DNA from: Octopus sinensis
Taxonomy: Eukaryota
Assembly (NCBI RefSeq): GCF_006345805.1
Contig: NC_042999.1
Coordinates: forward strand, 39,990,001-40,054,000
DNA: 64,000 nt
Direction of reading: 5' to 3'
In this document: positions 39,722-53,705 of the stretch, piece by piece
Layout of the letters: every line of letters starts with the position of its first letter
Position numbering within the stretch: position 1 is the first letter of the stretch
Made by a program: the position numbers and the translations under genes
The notes under the pieces: generated by a model
Seen by the model: the letters and a program-made list of their open reading frames with translations, nothing else
Database searches by the model: none
What the model was told of the DNA's origin: nothing

Positions 39722-42540
39722 TATTATTGGTAGCGACCATGTATATTTAAGTTCGCAAATGCATGCTTTCCCGAATGCACGTAACCCTCTAAAGAATGTC
39801 CCAGTACTCTTCGCAGGGGACACACACTGCTGCAGCCAATATTATAGATTATTGCTCCAGCAATTATTGGGGTGATTACGTAGTACCCAGAAAATAGATA
39901 GCCTTTGATAACATTCGACAACTTGAAATGAGACGACGGCAATGATAACAAATTTTGACTAATTATTCAGGCAATTATGGTGAAAATAGCCACTACCTAA
40001 AAAATTGTCAAAAACTGGATTTCGTAGTTTTCCGGTGATCTCAAGTATATTATGACATATATTAGTGCATCTATCACATATATTAGTGCATTAATCATAG
40101 ATGTGACAAAGCGCCCAAGCCAAGTAAACCAAACTCCCACCAACACATCTCATCTCCAAATCAGATTGGAAAACGAAATGCTATTAAAATTCTCCGAGTA
40201 TGCTTGAAACATTCTCCAAAATAAGAAATACGTCACGGTATAAAGAAGGTGGCAAGTTCAGATGAACTTTTAGGTAGTGTTAGGTGAAGCTTAAATACAT
40301 ACGCAAGCTGCCAGAATTAATGGTAAATTTCCAAAATATATTCTTGACCCTATATTCTGTAAGCGAAACCTTATTAAAAATATATTTTTTGTCTGTGGCC
40401 AGTGCAACTTTCGCTCATCTGTCTTTTCAAACTTCAGAAGATTCAGAAAACTACAGAAAATTTCCAAACAGATTCGCCATATGACTACTGTACGTAATGG
40501 CATTTATCTCTCCACTCTTGGCTAGACCTAGAAAAGTTGTTTGCATAAGTATTTACCTGCTATCACATTAGTCTTTCCATCGTTCATGCCATGGTGTTTC
40601 ACAATGATTGTAGTATTGTGGTCCCAGTCTCTGGCTATTAGGATTTTGGCAATGGCATCATATTTTCTCTGAAACTGCTATTCTGCAGAAATTCAACAGA
40701 ACAGGACCAGCTACTGCATATGTAATGATTTCAGCAACAGTTTTTCTAAGACAGTAGGCCTCATGTATCTCCAACCTATGACACTGAACATCATAATGTT
40801 CTTCTTTTCGAAGATAGAATGATGTGCATTACACAGTTAACTTGAATTTTGAGCAAGAACGTAGCATTTAGAAAAGTCTTAGCCGAAGATATATTTAGGA
40901 CCATCTCATGATTTAGTACTTTCATTGAGTTGCTCTTTTAAACATCTTGAGTCTTCAACTGCCTCTACCTTTCTTCGACATTATTCTGGGAGCAGAGAGT
41001 TTAATGTAAATAAGTTCATGTTAAAATGCAAATCGACATTATTACCCATCAGAAACATGCTCTTGTCTGATAATACAGTAATTTCTTCCAACTTTTCAGT
41101 AAACGTAAAGACAGATATTGAGAGACGTGCGAGTTATTTGATTTCATAATCAGTCTTAAGAAGATCAACTTCAAGAGATAATGTACTCCTTAATCGTCTT
41201 GTACTGACATCATAAGTGGCACATAAGTTTCAGAATTCTCGGTTCCCTGATACAGACGTCTGCTCCGTAAAAGTTGAGATGAAGTGACTCGATGACACAT
41301 CCGCCCCTTCTGTCGGTAAATATTAATGTTATTGCTAACAACAATCAGCACATACTATCTAGCTAACGTAAAAGGTACTAGGCCTGTGTTCCAAAGTTAG
41401 TTCTGTATCACAGCGTTTCATAAACAACCAAACATCCACAACGATTACTTCATGTAATCACTGAGTCTGCGTAGAAGTATTGGGAGTAACAGGTTGGAAA
41501 TAACTACTCCGGAAGGAAACGTCTAAACGTTTACTTAACTGCGCTAACGTCTAATTCAATATAATAATAATAATATCATGCACATTACATGGCCGCCAAT
41601 CTTATTCCAGATGAATAGCTACACGGTGAATTTGCATCAAATCAAGAATCAGATGTCACCAGCTCATCGGTTTTTATGCGAAGGCAACAGGAAAGCGATC
41701 AGCATTACTCCTTTTAAATGGGGCGTACAATTCTATAGAATCTGTGTTCTAAAGCAATTACTAGTTTCATTGCGATTAAAAAGTCGAAAGGAAGATAATT
41801 TGATGACCTGGGTGGACATTGATTTCAGGAAGAAGCTAGGTTTTAACGTCCCTTATATATAGGTAACGAACCAAAAATAATACCAATTTTATTTCGCACA
41901 TTCACTGCTCGTTATGTCCTGTGAGGTGAGTTTGGAATCGTGGATTAGATTGGATCTGCTTCTTAAATTCTAGCTCTTGGGAGAATTTTCTGTATCGTTC
42001 AATCCAAAGTATTGTAATTCATTTATCACATCCTTTGATTTCTTTTGCTATAAATGCATACAAAAAAAAAGGGAATATCTTGTTATTTCAGGGATTCCTA
42101 CCCCTGTAGAAAATTTAAACTATTATTATGATTTTTATTTATAAAATAAATTTATGGGAAATATGGATAGAGAGAGCCCGATATTTTTCTGTAGATATGT
42201 AATTGTTGCCGTTTCTTGTTTGGTATTTTCTGCTAATCGATAAAAACAGAATTGGGAGACACATCAGATGACAAAGAAGAATAAAACATGAAATATATCA
42301 ATATTTATATCGATATAAAAGAGCAACAATTATTAGAGCTATTAATTGAATAACCTTGCAAATTTAAAAAGAACAATGTAAAGAAATTTAGTAGACTGGT
42401 TCTGCTGTCACTACACCCAAGAATAATAACAATTATTATTTCTAATTTTGGCACTAGGCCAGTAGTTTACAGCGGGAGGGGGTAAGTCGATTACTAAAAG
42501 GATGAGGAACAAAATACAACGGGGCGGTATTTTAAATTTC

Positions 42541-42588
42541 ATTATGACGATGATGATACTACTACTACTACTAATAATAATAATAATG

Positions 42589-42622
<34 letters not shown>

Positions 42623-42683
42623 TGATGATGATGATGATGATGACGATGATGATAATAATAATAATAAAATGATAATGATGATG

Positions 42684-42720
<37 letters not shown>

Positions 42721-42794
42721 CAATAACAATAATGATGATGATAATAATAATAATAATAGTAATAATAATAATAATAATAGTAATAATGATAATA

Positions 42795-42829
<35 letters not shown>

Positions 42830-42946
42830 TAATAATGATGATGATGATAATAATAATAATAATAATAATAACAACAATAACAATAATGATGATGATGATG
42901 ATGATATAATAATAATAATAATAATAACAATAATGATGATGATGAT

Positions 42947-43016
<70 letters not shown>

Positions 43017-43036
43017 TAATAATAATGATGATGATG

Positions 43037-43073
<37 letters not shown>

Positions 43074-43095
43074 TAATGATGATGATGATGATGAT

Positions 43096-43133
<38 letters not shown>

Positions 43134-43306
43134 TAATAATAATAATAATAATAAAATAATGATGATGATGATAATAATAATAATGATAATAATAACAACA
43201 ATAACAATAATGATGATGATGATAATAATAATAATAATGATAATAATAACAATGACGATGATGATGATGATGATGATGATGATAATAATAATAATAATAA
43301 TAATAA

Positions 43307-43352
<46 letters not shown>
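42541..43352. repeat. Compound (AAT)n/(GAT)n/(AAC)n array with higher-order periodicity
   Basis: Direct reading; AACAACAATAACAATAATGATGATG recurs near 42715, 42870 and 43195. Confidence 0.97.
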
Positions 43353-44610
43353 TGGTCCTGAAAGCCAGCCTGAGTGTCAAAAATCTGATTGCCGCAATGA
43401 ATATTTGGGCAGTTGCGGTTGTCAGATATAATGCATCCATACTCAAATGGACTAAGCAGTGAAGATCGACACTGGATAAGAAGGCGTGTTAGTTGATGAC
43501 GCTGTAAACGTAAACACACTGTCACGCTGTATATGAAAAGAAAGAATGTGGGCAGATGACTAATTAGTACAGACGATTGTAGAAGGAGTGAAAGGAGAAC
43601 GCTTGCCAGCATCTGATAAATAGTGATGAAGACCTGCTGCAATATGCCGCTAAAGATATGGATGTAAATGCAAATGAAATGATGAGCCAGGAAGAGTTTA
43701 ACCAGAGAGCTGAGGAGAAGTGAAAAGAGGACCAGCTTGAAATGAGAATTCATTGAGAGTTTGAAAGGAATACACTAAACGTTAAGGATAATACAGCATC
43801 GTGAGCGCGGTGATTTGGAGCATACCACCGAAAGCCTGATCATTGCTGCACAAGATGAGGCTATAAAACTTCTGACACCCCGAAATGCAGGCTCTGTGGA
43901 AAGATTGGAGACAAAGTTATCTACTTGGTAAGTGGATGTGATTGTCTTGCAAAAAAAGAATACAAGTTCCGCCACAATAAAGTGTATATGTATCTTCATT
44001 GGCTCTTATGCCGTAAATACGAATATGAAGTAACAGAGAACTTGAATGAGCATGTACCAAGTAAAGTTATCCAGGAGGTTGGACAAGTAACGATACACTG
44101 GAACTATGATTTTCAGACGGATCGTGTAATCGAACACTGTCGTCTGGATATTGTCATATAATGCAGAGAGCAATTCCTTGTAGACTAATAGATACAGGTA
44201 TGGGCACTGATAAAGGTAAATCTGTAAAGAAATTTGACAAATATAATAAATATAAGCATCTGGAATTTGAAAAACAAAAGATGTGGCATTTGAAAGCGAG
44301 AACTGTTCCTGTTATTGTGGAGGGCCTAGATATGAATAGAGAGGTATATCAGAAACATATAGATGATATCCCAGGAGAACCATGCCTCAGAGAAATCCAA
44401 AAGACTGCACTGACAAGTACAGCTCACATCCTTATAAAAACCGTATCAATTTAAATACATACGTTGTATTACATGAAAACATTTCGTTATTGCCATTTCC
44501 ACGTCCTCTCCCCAAGCTTTTAGTCATACTATAACATCTCTCATGCTTCACTAGCCCTAGGACACTGGGTGTGTCTCGGCGAGCGATTGTAACAAACATG
44601 CAGATTAAAA
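43353..44610 (+). mobile_element. 5'-truncated R4/Dong-clade non-LTR retrotransposon (RT end, CCHC finger, restriction-like endonuclease), decayed
   Basis: KNLIAAMNIWAVAVVRYNASILKWT, TLYMKRKNVGR, CRLCG...SGCDCLAKKEYKFRHNKV...HWNYDFQTDRVIEHCRLDIVI, and KYKHLEFEKQKMW...VPVIVEGL...QKTALTSTAHIL. Flanked by (AAT)n on both sides. Confidence 0.88.
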
Positions 44611-44619
44611 GTAAACAAC

Positions 44620-44860
<241 letters not shown>

Positions 44861-45263
44861 ATGACCATTGTGATCTCGATGATATCAGGAAAAAACATTG
44901 ATGAGAAAAGACACAATTGAATTAAAATTAACGATAAGCAATGCCGAAAGAAGCAATAGCATCAACGGCTACAATGAAAACAGCAATTTCCCGATATCTA
45001 TATAATTAGGAATCCTATGATAGCGAAAGATGCATCGCCATTAACATAAACAGTTGTTTTATCACATTATTTCATTAGTGATGAATAGAACCCGATATTT
45101 TGTCTGCAAATATGTAATATCATTTATTGAATTGATGTGGGGGATAGAGCTGAAGTATTACGTGATCACAATTATGTTGGTGTATACGTATATATACATG
45201 TATATATATATATATAATATATATATATATATTCCTATATATATTTCTATATAAATATATATA

Positions 45264-45341
<78 letters not shown>

Positions 45342-46687
45342 GTGTGTGTGTGTGTGTGTGTGTGTGTATTTATGTGTTGTGTGCTTGTGTGAGTATGAGT
45401 GCTTGTGTGAGTTACCCGGCGTTGCCCGAGTTAAATAAATTGAAGAATTAGACTTTTATGTTATATTTTCTGTAATGAACTGGAATACCTATGTTTCGAA
45501 TTTCATCAAAATTGCAGATTAGGGTTATTTCCCTCTTTACACAGCCAAACAATTGTAATCGTGCCACATGTATCCCCTACTGCTGATTTTTATGCGCATA
45601 TTCCCAAATTCCAGTCTAATAGAACATGTTAAAAGGATTTTGGTCCTCAAAAATGGAGGTCATGCAGCTCTAAAATGTGAGAGTTAAGGCCCCTGTTGGG
45701 GTGGGCATCTTTATGTCAACCAGAGAATTTGAATTGTTGGGAATCTGTTTAACTTGGGTCTTATATCTATTGTTTGAATTTCTTTCTAATAGGAAGTATA
45801 TGTTCACTGGGTTTGTAAAAGAGAGCAAAGCCACAGGAAATCAAAAGACGAATGATCACAATAAGCAGTCAGTTACGCTACCCTTGTCGTTACCACTCCC
45901 AATGTAGTATTCTTCACCGTCCAGGTGACAGGCACAATCGTAAGAAGCATTACGGATCTATAGCAATTAGAAGGGCGTGACCCAACTGAAATAAACATTA
46001 ACAACTGTGTGACGTGAGGGCTAAGGAGAAATGAAAGCTGGATTTTGCAAATGACCACTATACTGATACGTAACTGGACAGAATAAATTTACAATCTATA
46101 ACTGTCTCTGAATAACCAGTCACTCATCTTGGAAGGCCTTGAAATCAATGTTACCCTCTGGGGAATATGTGTGACCCAGGGATAATAAAAGAAACTGAAA
46201 GGATGTCTGGAATCAAATAACTTTACTCAACAATGAATCAGTGGAGGCAAAGATGCTTCTTATTTACTTGACAATTTATGCAGCACATTGCAGAAAACAC
46301 AATCTAAGTGTATGTCAAAGCAAACTCTTACACTGTCGTACCATTGAATTACAAATAATGCTCAACTTTTATGCTCGGGTGACCCTACAGCTTCCAAGAG
46401 CACAACTGAATTCATTTTTGCTTAGATGCAATTACAAAATTGTGGGTGTTAAGTTTCCATGGAGGGGTCTTTCTAACTTGTAAGATGAAATTTTCTAAAT
46501 ATTACTTCATTTGTGTCTAATATCTATGGTTAAAATTTCATCAACAGCAAATATATATGAATTGTCATGGGGGTTATGGCCCTTATGCATAGAATATAAT
46601 TTCATATAACTCCATTCAGTACTTTTGACGTAGTTTGGATCATAAAATAAATGACTAAAATTAGGGAGTTAAGGCTCCATTAAGGGG

Positions 46688-46769
<82 letters not shown>

Positions 46770-46782
<13 letters not shown>

Positions 46783-48322
46783 TGAGAATGTGTGTCTGTC
46801 TGTCTGTCTGTTTGTGTGTTTCCCTAAAACTTGAGAACTACACAACCAATTTCATTCAAATTTTACACATACCTTACTTAGGGTACATGTAGTTTCATGG
46901 GAAAAACAAATGTTCAACTTCTTACCTAGAGCGCGCCCATAACAATATCATATCTTCTCCACTATTTCAGTATTACGTGTTAAAAGTGAAACAAAAACAT
47001 TTCTCTATTTTATGTCAGATGCTTTCACTTTAACGATAAAAATAATAATAACAATTGAATTATATGTAGTAAGTAATAATCAAACTAAAGTATATTATCG
47101 CAAGATAACAAAAGTAAAAATGGCAATTGGTATAAAATTGCATCAATGACTTGAACTCGAATCAGTGGTTTCACATGAATGGGAATAAATAAAAAATAGA
47201 TTTTAAGTGCAGATGGAGGTGTGCACGGCTTTTACATTAGATTATTTGCTAATTATCTAGCATTAAGTATCTATATGACGTTTGGCTGTATGGAATGTCT
47301 GTTTTCTCGAAAGATGCTTAACTGAGTACCACTGTTGGTTTATTTCTGATCCTTAAAGGCCTATAGCTTCAACAGAGTACTGCTTTTTGGTTTACCGTAG
47401 GGTTTGTTGTTATCATTATTTCTGTTTAACTATTGTCATCACGTTTGTTGGTTCCTCGTAAGGGAAGCGTTGTTGTATTGCATTTGTTAAATAATTGTAA
47501 ACCGTAACCCTCCCCTTTTGGGAGAAGGAGCTTTGGTTATTGTTTAAAAATTGAATTGTGTCCCTGTTTGGGGAAATTGACAATATTTTCACCGTTTAGA
47601 CGGAAGCATTTTTGTTAAAATGTCTTCGACAGGACAAAGTCCAAAGATGAATTTCACTGCAGCCGTTGGCGGGCGCGAACTCATTGAAATTAAAATGGAA
47701 GAAATACGGATTGATCACCGACAAAGACGGTGAATCTAGGATAACACCACCAAACGAAATAAAAATTTAAATCAAAGAAAATACTATTGTCTTTAAAGTA
47801 TGCAAGTAGAGGGAAAAAAGATTTGAACACCTGGAGGAAAGCACCATCGAAAAGTGTGTTGGTGCGACTATGAAATATATCAAGTATCTAACCAGAGGCA
47901 GTAAATTCGCCACAATAGAAGCAAGGTTCGAGTCAATAGAGCGTGCAAGGGAGTACTCGACTCAAGCCTTGCAAAGTGTAAATATTTTATTATTACCTTT
48001 TGTATCTGGGACGCAGGACGTCCCGGATAAACATTAAAAATGTCCCCCCAAAAGTAGAGGTAGGCTGGATTGTAGCCACACTTCTATACAAGAGAGAGGA
48101 CAAGATACAATTGATCGAAATTGCAAGAGACGGGCCTACAATTCCAGTCTGTTATATATTTTCAGTATTGTTATCACTAGCTATATCAAGATATAAGTTT
48201 GTATTTTGTATTTTATGTGTAGATATATATAGAGAGATGTAAATGTAATATGTACACATATATATACACATATATACATGCACTAGCACTATAACCCGGC
48301 AACGACGGGTCATAATGCTAGT
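46770..48322 (+). mobile_element. Probable non-autonomous Helitron span containing foreign sequence
   Basis: 5' TATATAAAACTGAGAATGTGTGTCTGTC resembles the 5' end of the 37064-37541 element. The 3' end is CCCGGCAACGACGGG hairpin plus TGCTAG|T. Whether both ends belong to one insertion is not proven. Confidence 0.55.
47400..48150 (+). mobile_element. Decayed 5' region and ORF1-like segment of a LINE (L1/Tx1-like)
   Basis: Starts MSSTGQSPKMNFTAAVGGR; later KYIKYLTRGSKFATIEARFESIERAREYSTQAL and YLGRRTSRINIKNVPPKVEVGWIVA resemble the RRM-type ORF1 of L1/Tx1 elements. The family call is from memory. Confidence 0.45.
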
Positions 48323-48699
48323 ATATATATGTGTGTGTGTGTGTGTAGATAGATAGATAGATAGATAGATATAGATGCACACACACACATACAAAGGTAA
48401 ATTGATAGATACAACTGATTGGGCAAACAAAAATGAGACACACCCTAGTGCTTTTTTTATGTAGATAAGCCTGGTATTTATTCTATTAGTTTATTCTTGT
48501 GTAAAACCAGTAAGTTATGTGGATGTAAAGAAATGAACAGCAGTTGTGAAGCAGTGATGAAACACAGTGACAATGACACACACATGCACATACATATATA
48601 TACGATTGATTTGTTTCAGTTCCTGTCTACGAAATCCATATCTATTATTGTTGGCATCCTTTTTGTGTCGGGAGACAATGGAGTTGCGCATAAAATAGT

Positions 48700-50300
48700 C
48701 TAGTCCGGCTTTTATATTTCATGACAGAAGTCGTGGGATTGAAATTATCAAACAGGCCGAGGCTGGGTTATCAGCAATTGATAACTCGAAGCTACCAGGT
48801 AACTATAAAATTTGGTGCTTGCAGTTCGGCTTGTAGCCACAACTAGCCTGTCCACTTTTAATATACAAGGTAGCATTTTCACGAGTTGAAATCATTGAAC
48901 AAAAATGTAATGTGTTCATTAGAAAGTGGCTAGGCCTACCTCGTATGGTGAACAGTTCAGCTCTTCATCGTAAAAGTGGTTCGTCAATAGTCGAAATATA
49001 TAAGCTGGGGAAGATACGGACGGTCATGATGTTGAGAGAATCGAAGGATATGGAAATCAGGCGTAACCCACCAGAGGTGAAAACAGCCAGAAAGTGGAAA
49101 GCAGAAGCAGAAACTGACGACATCTTGTCTTCTCTTATACACAGAGATATGGTGGGAGCAACGTAGGACCATCGGAAATGACTTGGTTTTGGCACAGATC
49201 AGTTCAGCATGATGCGGAGGGAACGCAGATCTGTTGTTAGCAACAACGTCAAAACAAGAGAAACGGAGAGAAGGGAGCTTCATTTGATCCGATGTTTTCA
49301 TCAAGGTCAGATGACGAGATGGGAAGAACATGTTGTTGAGAGGAAGATAAGTTGGGATGAGATATGGAAGTGGACGACATCTCGGCTGAGTTTCCTGATT
49401 CGTTCATTTTATGATGTGTTGCCATCACCTACGAATCTAGTAAGATGGAACGTCACAGAGAATGACATCTGCAAATGTGGAAAGGTCGGTACACTGAAAC
49501 ATATTCTTTCCAACTGTTCATTAGCATTGAACAGGTATACATGGAGACACAACTTGGTCCTTAAGGTTATCTTCAATGCTATAAAGAACCAAATTCATCT
49601 CAACAACACTGAGAAAATCCGTTAAAAGTACCATCTAGAGATTTCGCTACCTTCGTGCGACCAGGTCAGCGGATCCGTTTCAAGAAGAACATCAAGAAAC
49701 GTCCTGTGAGAAATGAAAATTGGAACGGCTATTAGGAGGTAACTGCAGATTTACCTAGGTGCCAGGTAAACAGATGTTTTAATGTGGTGTGAAAGAAGGA
49801 AAGTTGTAAATATAGTCGAGCTAACGGTTCCTCATGAAGATAATATGGACGCCGCTGGGGCTCGAAAATTTAACCATTATGTAAACCTCCTCGAGGAATG
49901 TGAAAACGCAGGCTGGAAAGCGGAACATTTTTCAATCGAAGTCGTATGTAGAGGGTTCTTTGGACACAGTGTGAGATGACTCTTGTTATCGCTAGGCCTA
50001 ACTCATCGTAAAGTCAATACCACCATGACCGATATCCAATCTACTGTGGAGAAGGCTAGCCATGGATTTGGTTAAAAAAAGACGATGAGCGATAGCTAGA
50101 AGGATATTGAGCTTTATTTGATAACCAGCTGATCTAGCAAACGGGGTCTCATATCAGTGAGGGGGGCCGGTGCGCATTGATGCCGTCGAGAGGTAGGCCC
50201 CGAAACGGTGCGCATTCTCTCCTGATGACCCAATACACTCGCTGGCTTCCGGTATATGGAGTTATTGACTGGTAGCACTTGCATGTGCAAGTTGTTTGCA
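48700..50300 (+). mobile_element. 5'-truncated HERO-like (restriction-like endonuclease) non-LTR retrotransposon, decayed
   Basis: GLSAIDNSKLPGNYKIW...RKWLGLPR, RLSFLIRSFYDVLPSPTNLVRW, CKCGKVGTLKHILSNC...RYTWRHNLVL, and IVELTVPHEDNMDAA...KF...IEVVCRGF are characteristic of HERO-family ORFs. Confidence 0.85.
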
Positions 50301-50330
50301 AGACATATATACACCCATAAATATATATAT

Positions 50331-50370
<40 letters not shown>

Positions 50371-50416
50371 GCACATACATAGATATATGTATCCGTGTGA
50401 ATGTGGTGTGTATATA

Positions 50417-50760
50417 TACTCTTTTTAATATTTTACTTGTTTCAGTCATTCGACTGCGACCATACTGGAGCACCGCATTTAGTCGAGCAAATCGCCCCCC
50501 AGGACTTATTCTTTGTAAGCCTAGTACTTCTTCTATCGGTTTCTTTTGCCGAATCACTAAGTTACGGGTACGCAAACATACACATATATATACACATACA
50601 GATGTACGACGAGCGTCTTTCAGTTTCCGTCTACCATATCCACTTACAAGGCTTTGGTCATTCCGAGGCCATATTAGAAGACACTTGCTGAAGGTGCCAC
50701 GCAGTGGGACTGAACTCGGTATCATGTGCTTGGTAAACAAGCTACTTACCACGCAGCCAT
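50417..50760 (-). mobile_element. SINE family A, minus strand
   Basis: TTTTACTTGTTTCAGTCATTCGACTG...GCTACTTACCACGCAGCCAT. Confidence 0.9.
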
Positions 50761-51541
50761 GTAAGTATGTTTTTATGTATGTGTGTATGTATGTAAGTAT
50801 GTATTATGTGTGCATGTAATCTAGTTTGGACTGCATGCTATTATATTAATATAAATTCATCCCGTTATTTCTTGGTTCAGAATTTTGAAGTCTTTGTCAG
50901 GCATTATGTGAATAAATCGTCTGTCTCTCTCCATTCTGTGCGTATGTGTATGTGTGTTTGTGTGTGTGTGTGTGCGTCTGCTTGTATGTGTATATGCGTT
51001 TATGTGTCCGTGTACGTGTATATCTATGTGATTTTTGGGTTATTGTTAGCCGTTGATTTTCGTTGCGAAATATTCAAGGATTGATTTGTTCCGGCTTCCT
51101 TTTGTTGTGCTGCTTTTTTATTTAATAAGATATTCAAACATAACGAAAATTATTGCTTGGTTAGATATAATAGAAGTTAAAAACTCATATATTTCTAAAT
51201 GTTTAAAATCGTACAAAAAACAACAATTACGAAAGAAAGAAATATTGAACCAAAAATCGATCATTAATTAAATCTGCAGTAAAAGGAGATAAATAAATGT
51301 ACTGAATAAGAGTTAAAACAAACCAAATTTTATGCGCTCTCATATCCGTCGTTATAATTTGAAATACAATGAATACTGAACGGAGAAAAATAGCAAAAAT
51401 GAGTGTTGCTAATGCGAGATGAAAGGGAGAAGATCAAAATAACTAAAGTCAAATGATATTAACAATCTCATAGACACACACACGCATATACAAATACACT
51501 TATACAAGCAAACACATGTGTACGTATACATATATATATAC

Positions 51542-51586
<45 letters not shown>

Positions 51587-52379
51587 TGTGTATGTGTATA
51601 TATATATATGTATATATATATATGTATATATATATGTATATATATATATATAAAGAGATATAAAGATATAAGCGTATATGTGTGTTTTGTGCTGCAAACA
51701 CGAAAGTAGAACTCACAACAAGTATAAGTATTTTTTTGTTAATAATTTGCAGAAGTTACAGAGTGACTCAAGGGCCAAGTTGTATTGGCACTTATTATGT
51801 ATTGGCACTTATCAATCTGGCTTCAAATCAATGGGGCATAAATTTATTTATCGGTGAAAATTTTATTTCACTGGATTGTTCTGGAACAAATTATAAAAAC
51901 AATTAGAATGTCACGAGAATATTTTAAAACTGTTTTTCCCCGTTACACGGCTCAATAGATTATTAAGTAAACAAATAACGAAACAAAACTGGGAAAACTA
52001 AGAATATATGACTGCATACTTGCTAACAGACGGGTGTGCGTGAAAGTGTTATGATGCGGTGTTACCCTTCATGGGTTTAAGTTATTGATAATTATATAAC
52101 TTAGATATATTTTGGCTAAAGATTGACCCAGCCCTTTATATGACAATAGCTCCTACCAGTCAGATTCAATGTTTTAAAAAGTTACTTGTTTACTTCTAGT
52201 AAATATAGGAGAATCATTAAGAAAGAAAAAAATATTAGGATCTGTCTTTTATTAAAGTTGATAACATTGCAGCTATTTACTGTTTTAGGATCTATAAATA
52301 TTGCCGTCCCACAAATATTAATTTTGTTAAATCCAATCAGGGGTGTTATTCAAGTACATTCAATTTGTTAACTTTCAAT

Positions 52380-53386
52380 TGCTCAATACCACAGATTTGC
52401 TTGTCAGTTGTTTGAACTTAACCAGTTGAGTATGTCCCTTAGTGGCTGACGATATGTGCATCTCTGATCACGAGCAGAAGTAGTGGGGGAGCATCATAGC
52501 CGTGTGTTGAGAGGGATTCTTTGGGGTTTGAATAATTCACCTCTGGAAACATGGGTGTTTCGTTCAACATCCTTAAACAACCCTTATTCAGGGACCTTTC
52601 GAGTGGGATGGGTTACTCGACCTGAAGAAAATTCTAACTGGGCCCCACCTGCAAGGTCATGTGCTGTTTATCTTGATATGAGATCACCATGTCGCGCACA
52701 CATGGTCGTGATGCATGTGCCTAGTGTACCCTTATCAGACGGGTAGTCATGATGGGTATACTGGGCTTCGTATATTTTACCTCAGTGTCACTTTGATGGC
52801 ATGCACTGCTCTCTCACTCAATAATAATAATAATAATAATGGCCTGGTGCAGTACTAGTCAGTGGCTTCTGATCTTAACTGATTGGAAGTGTTATCATGT
52901 ACATTGTTTTGTCTTGGTATAACAGATGCGCTACAGCAAATATTCTGCTCAATATCACAGATTTGCTTGTCAGTTGTTTGACCGTAACCAGTTGACCATG
53001 TCCCTTAGTGGCTGCTGACGATATGTGCATCTCTGATCACGAGCAGAAGTAGTTGGGGATCATCATAGCCATGTGTTGAGAGGGATTGTTTGGGGTTTGA
53101 ACAATTGACGTCCGGAAACATGGGTGTTTTCTTCAATATCCTTAAAGAACCCTTATTCAGGGACATTTTGAGCGGGATAGATAACACGACCAGAAGATTC
53201 TAACTGGGCCCGCCCCCTGCAAGATCATCTGATGTTTATCTTGATATGAGATCACCATGTCGCGCACATATGGTTGTGATGCATGTACTAGTGTACCCTT
53301 ATCAGACGGGTAGTCATAATAGGTATAGTGGGCTTCGTATATTTTACCCCAGTGTCACTTTGACGGCATGCCCTGCTTGCTCACTC
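52380..53386 (+). mobile_element. Head-to-tail dimer of an (AAT)n-tailed retroposon (52380-52819, (AAT)7, 52841-53386)
   Basis: About 440 bp are shared between units, and both end CTCACTC followed by AATAATAAT; no meaningful ORF. Confidence 0.88.

Positions 53387-53705
<319 letters not shown>

Noticed and set aside
45405-46690. Possible Helitron or pogo-like element
   Set aside because: Only a Helitron-like hairpin near 45415 is visible, without CTAG, and the translations show no reliable transposase motif.
52441-52490. CTGACGA...GCAGAAG as a hammerhead core in the AAT-tailed retroposon
   Set aside because: GAAG replaces GAAA, and I found no consistent stems I and III.
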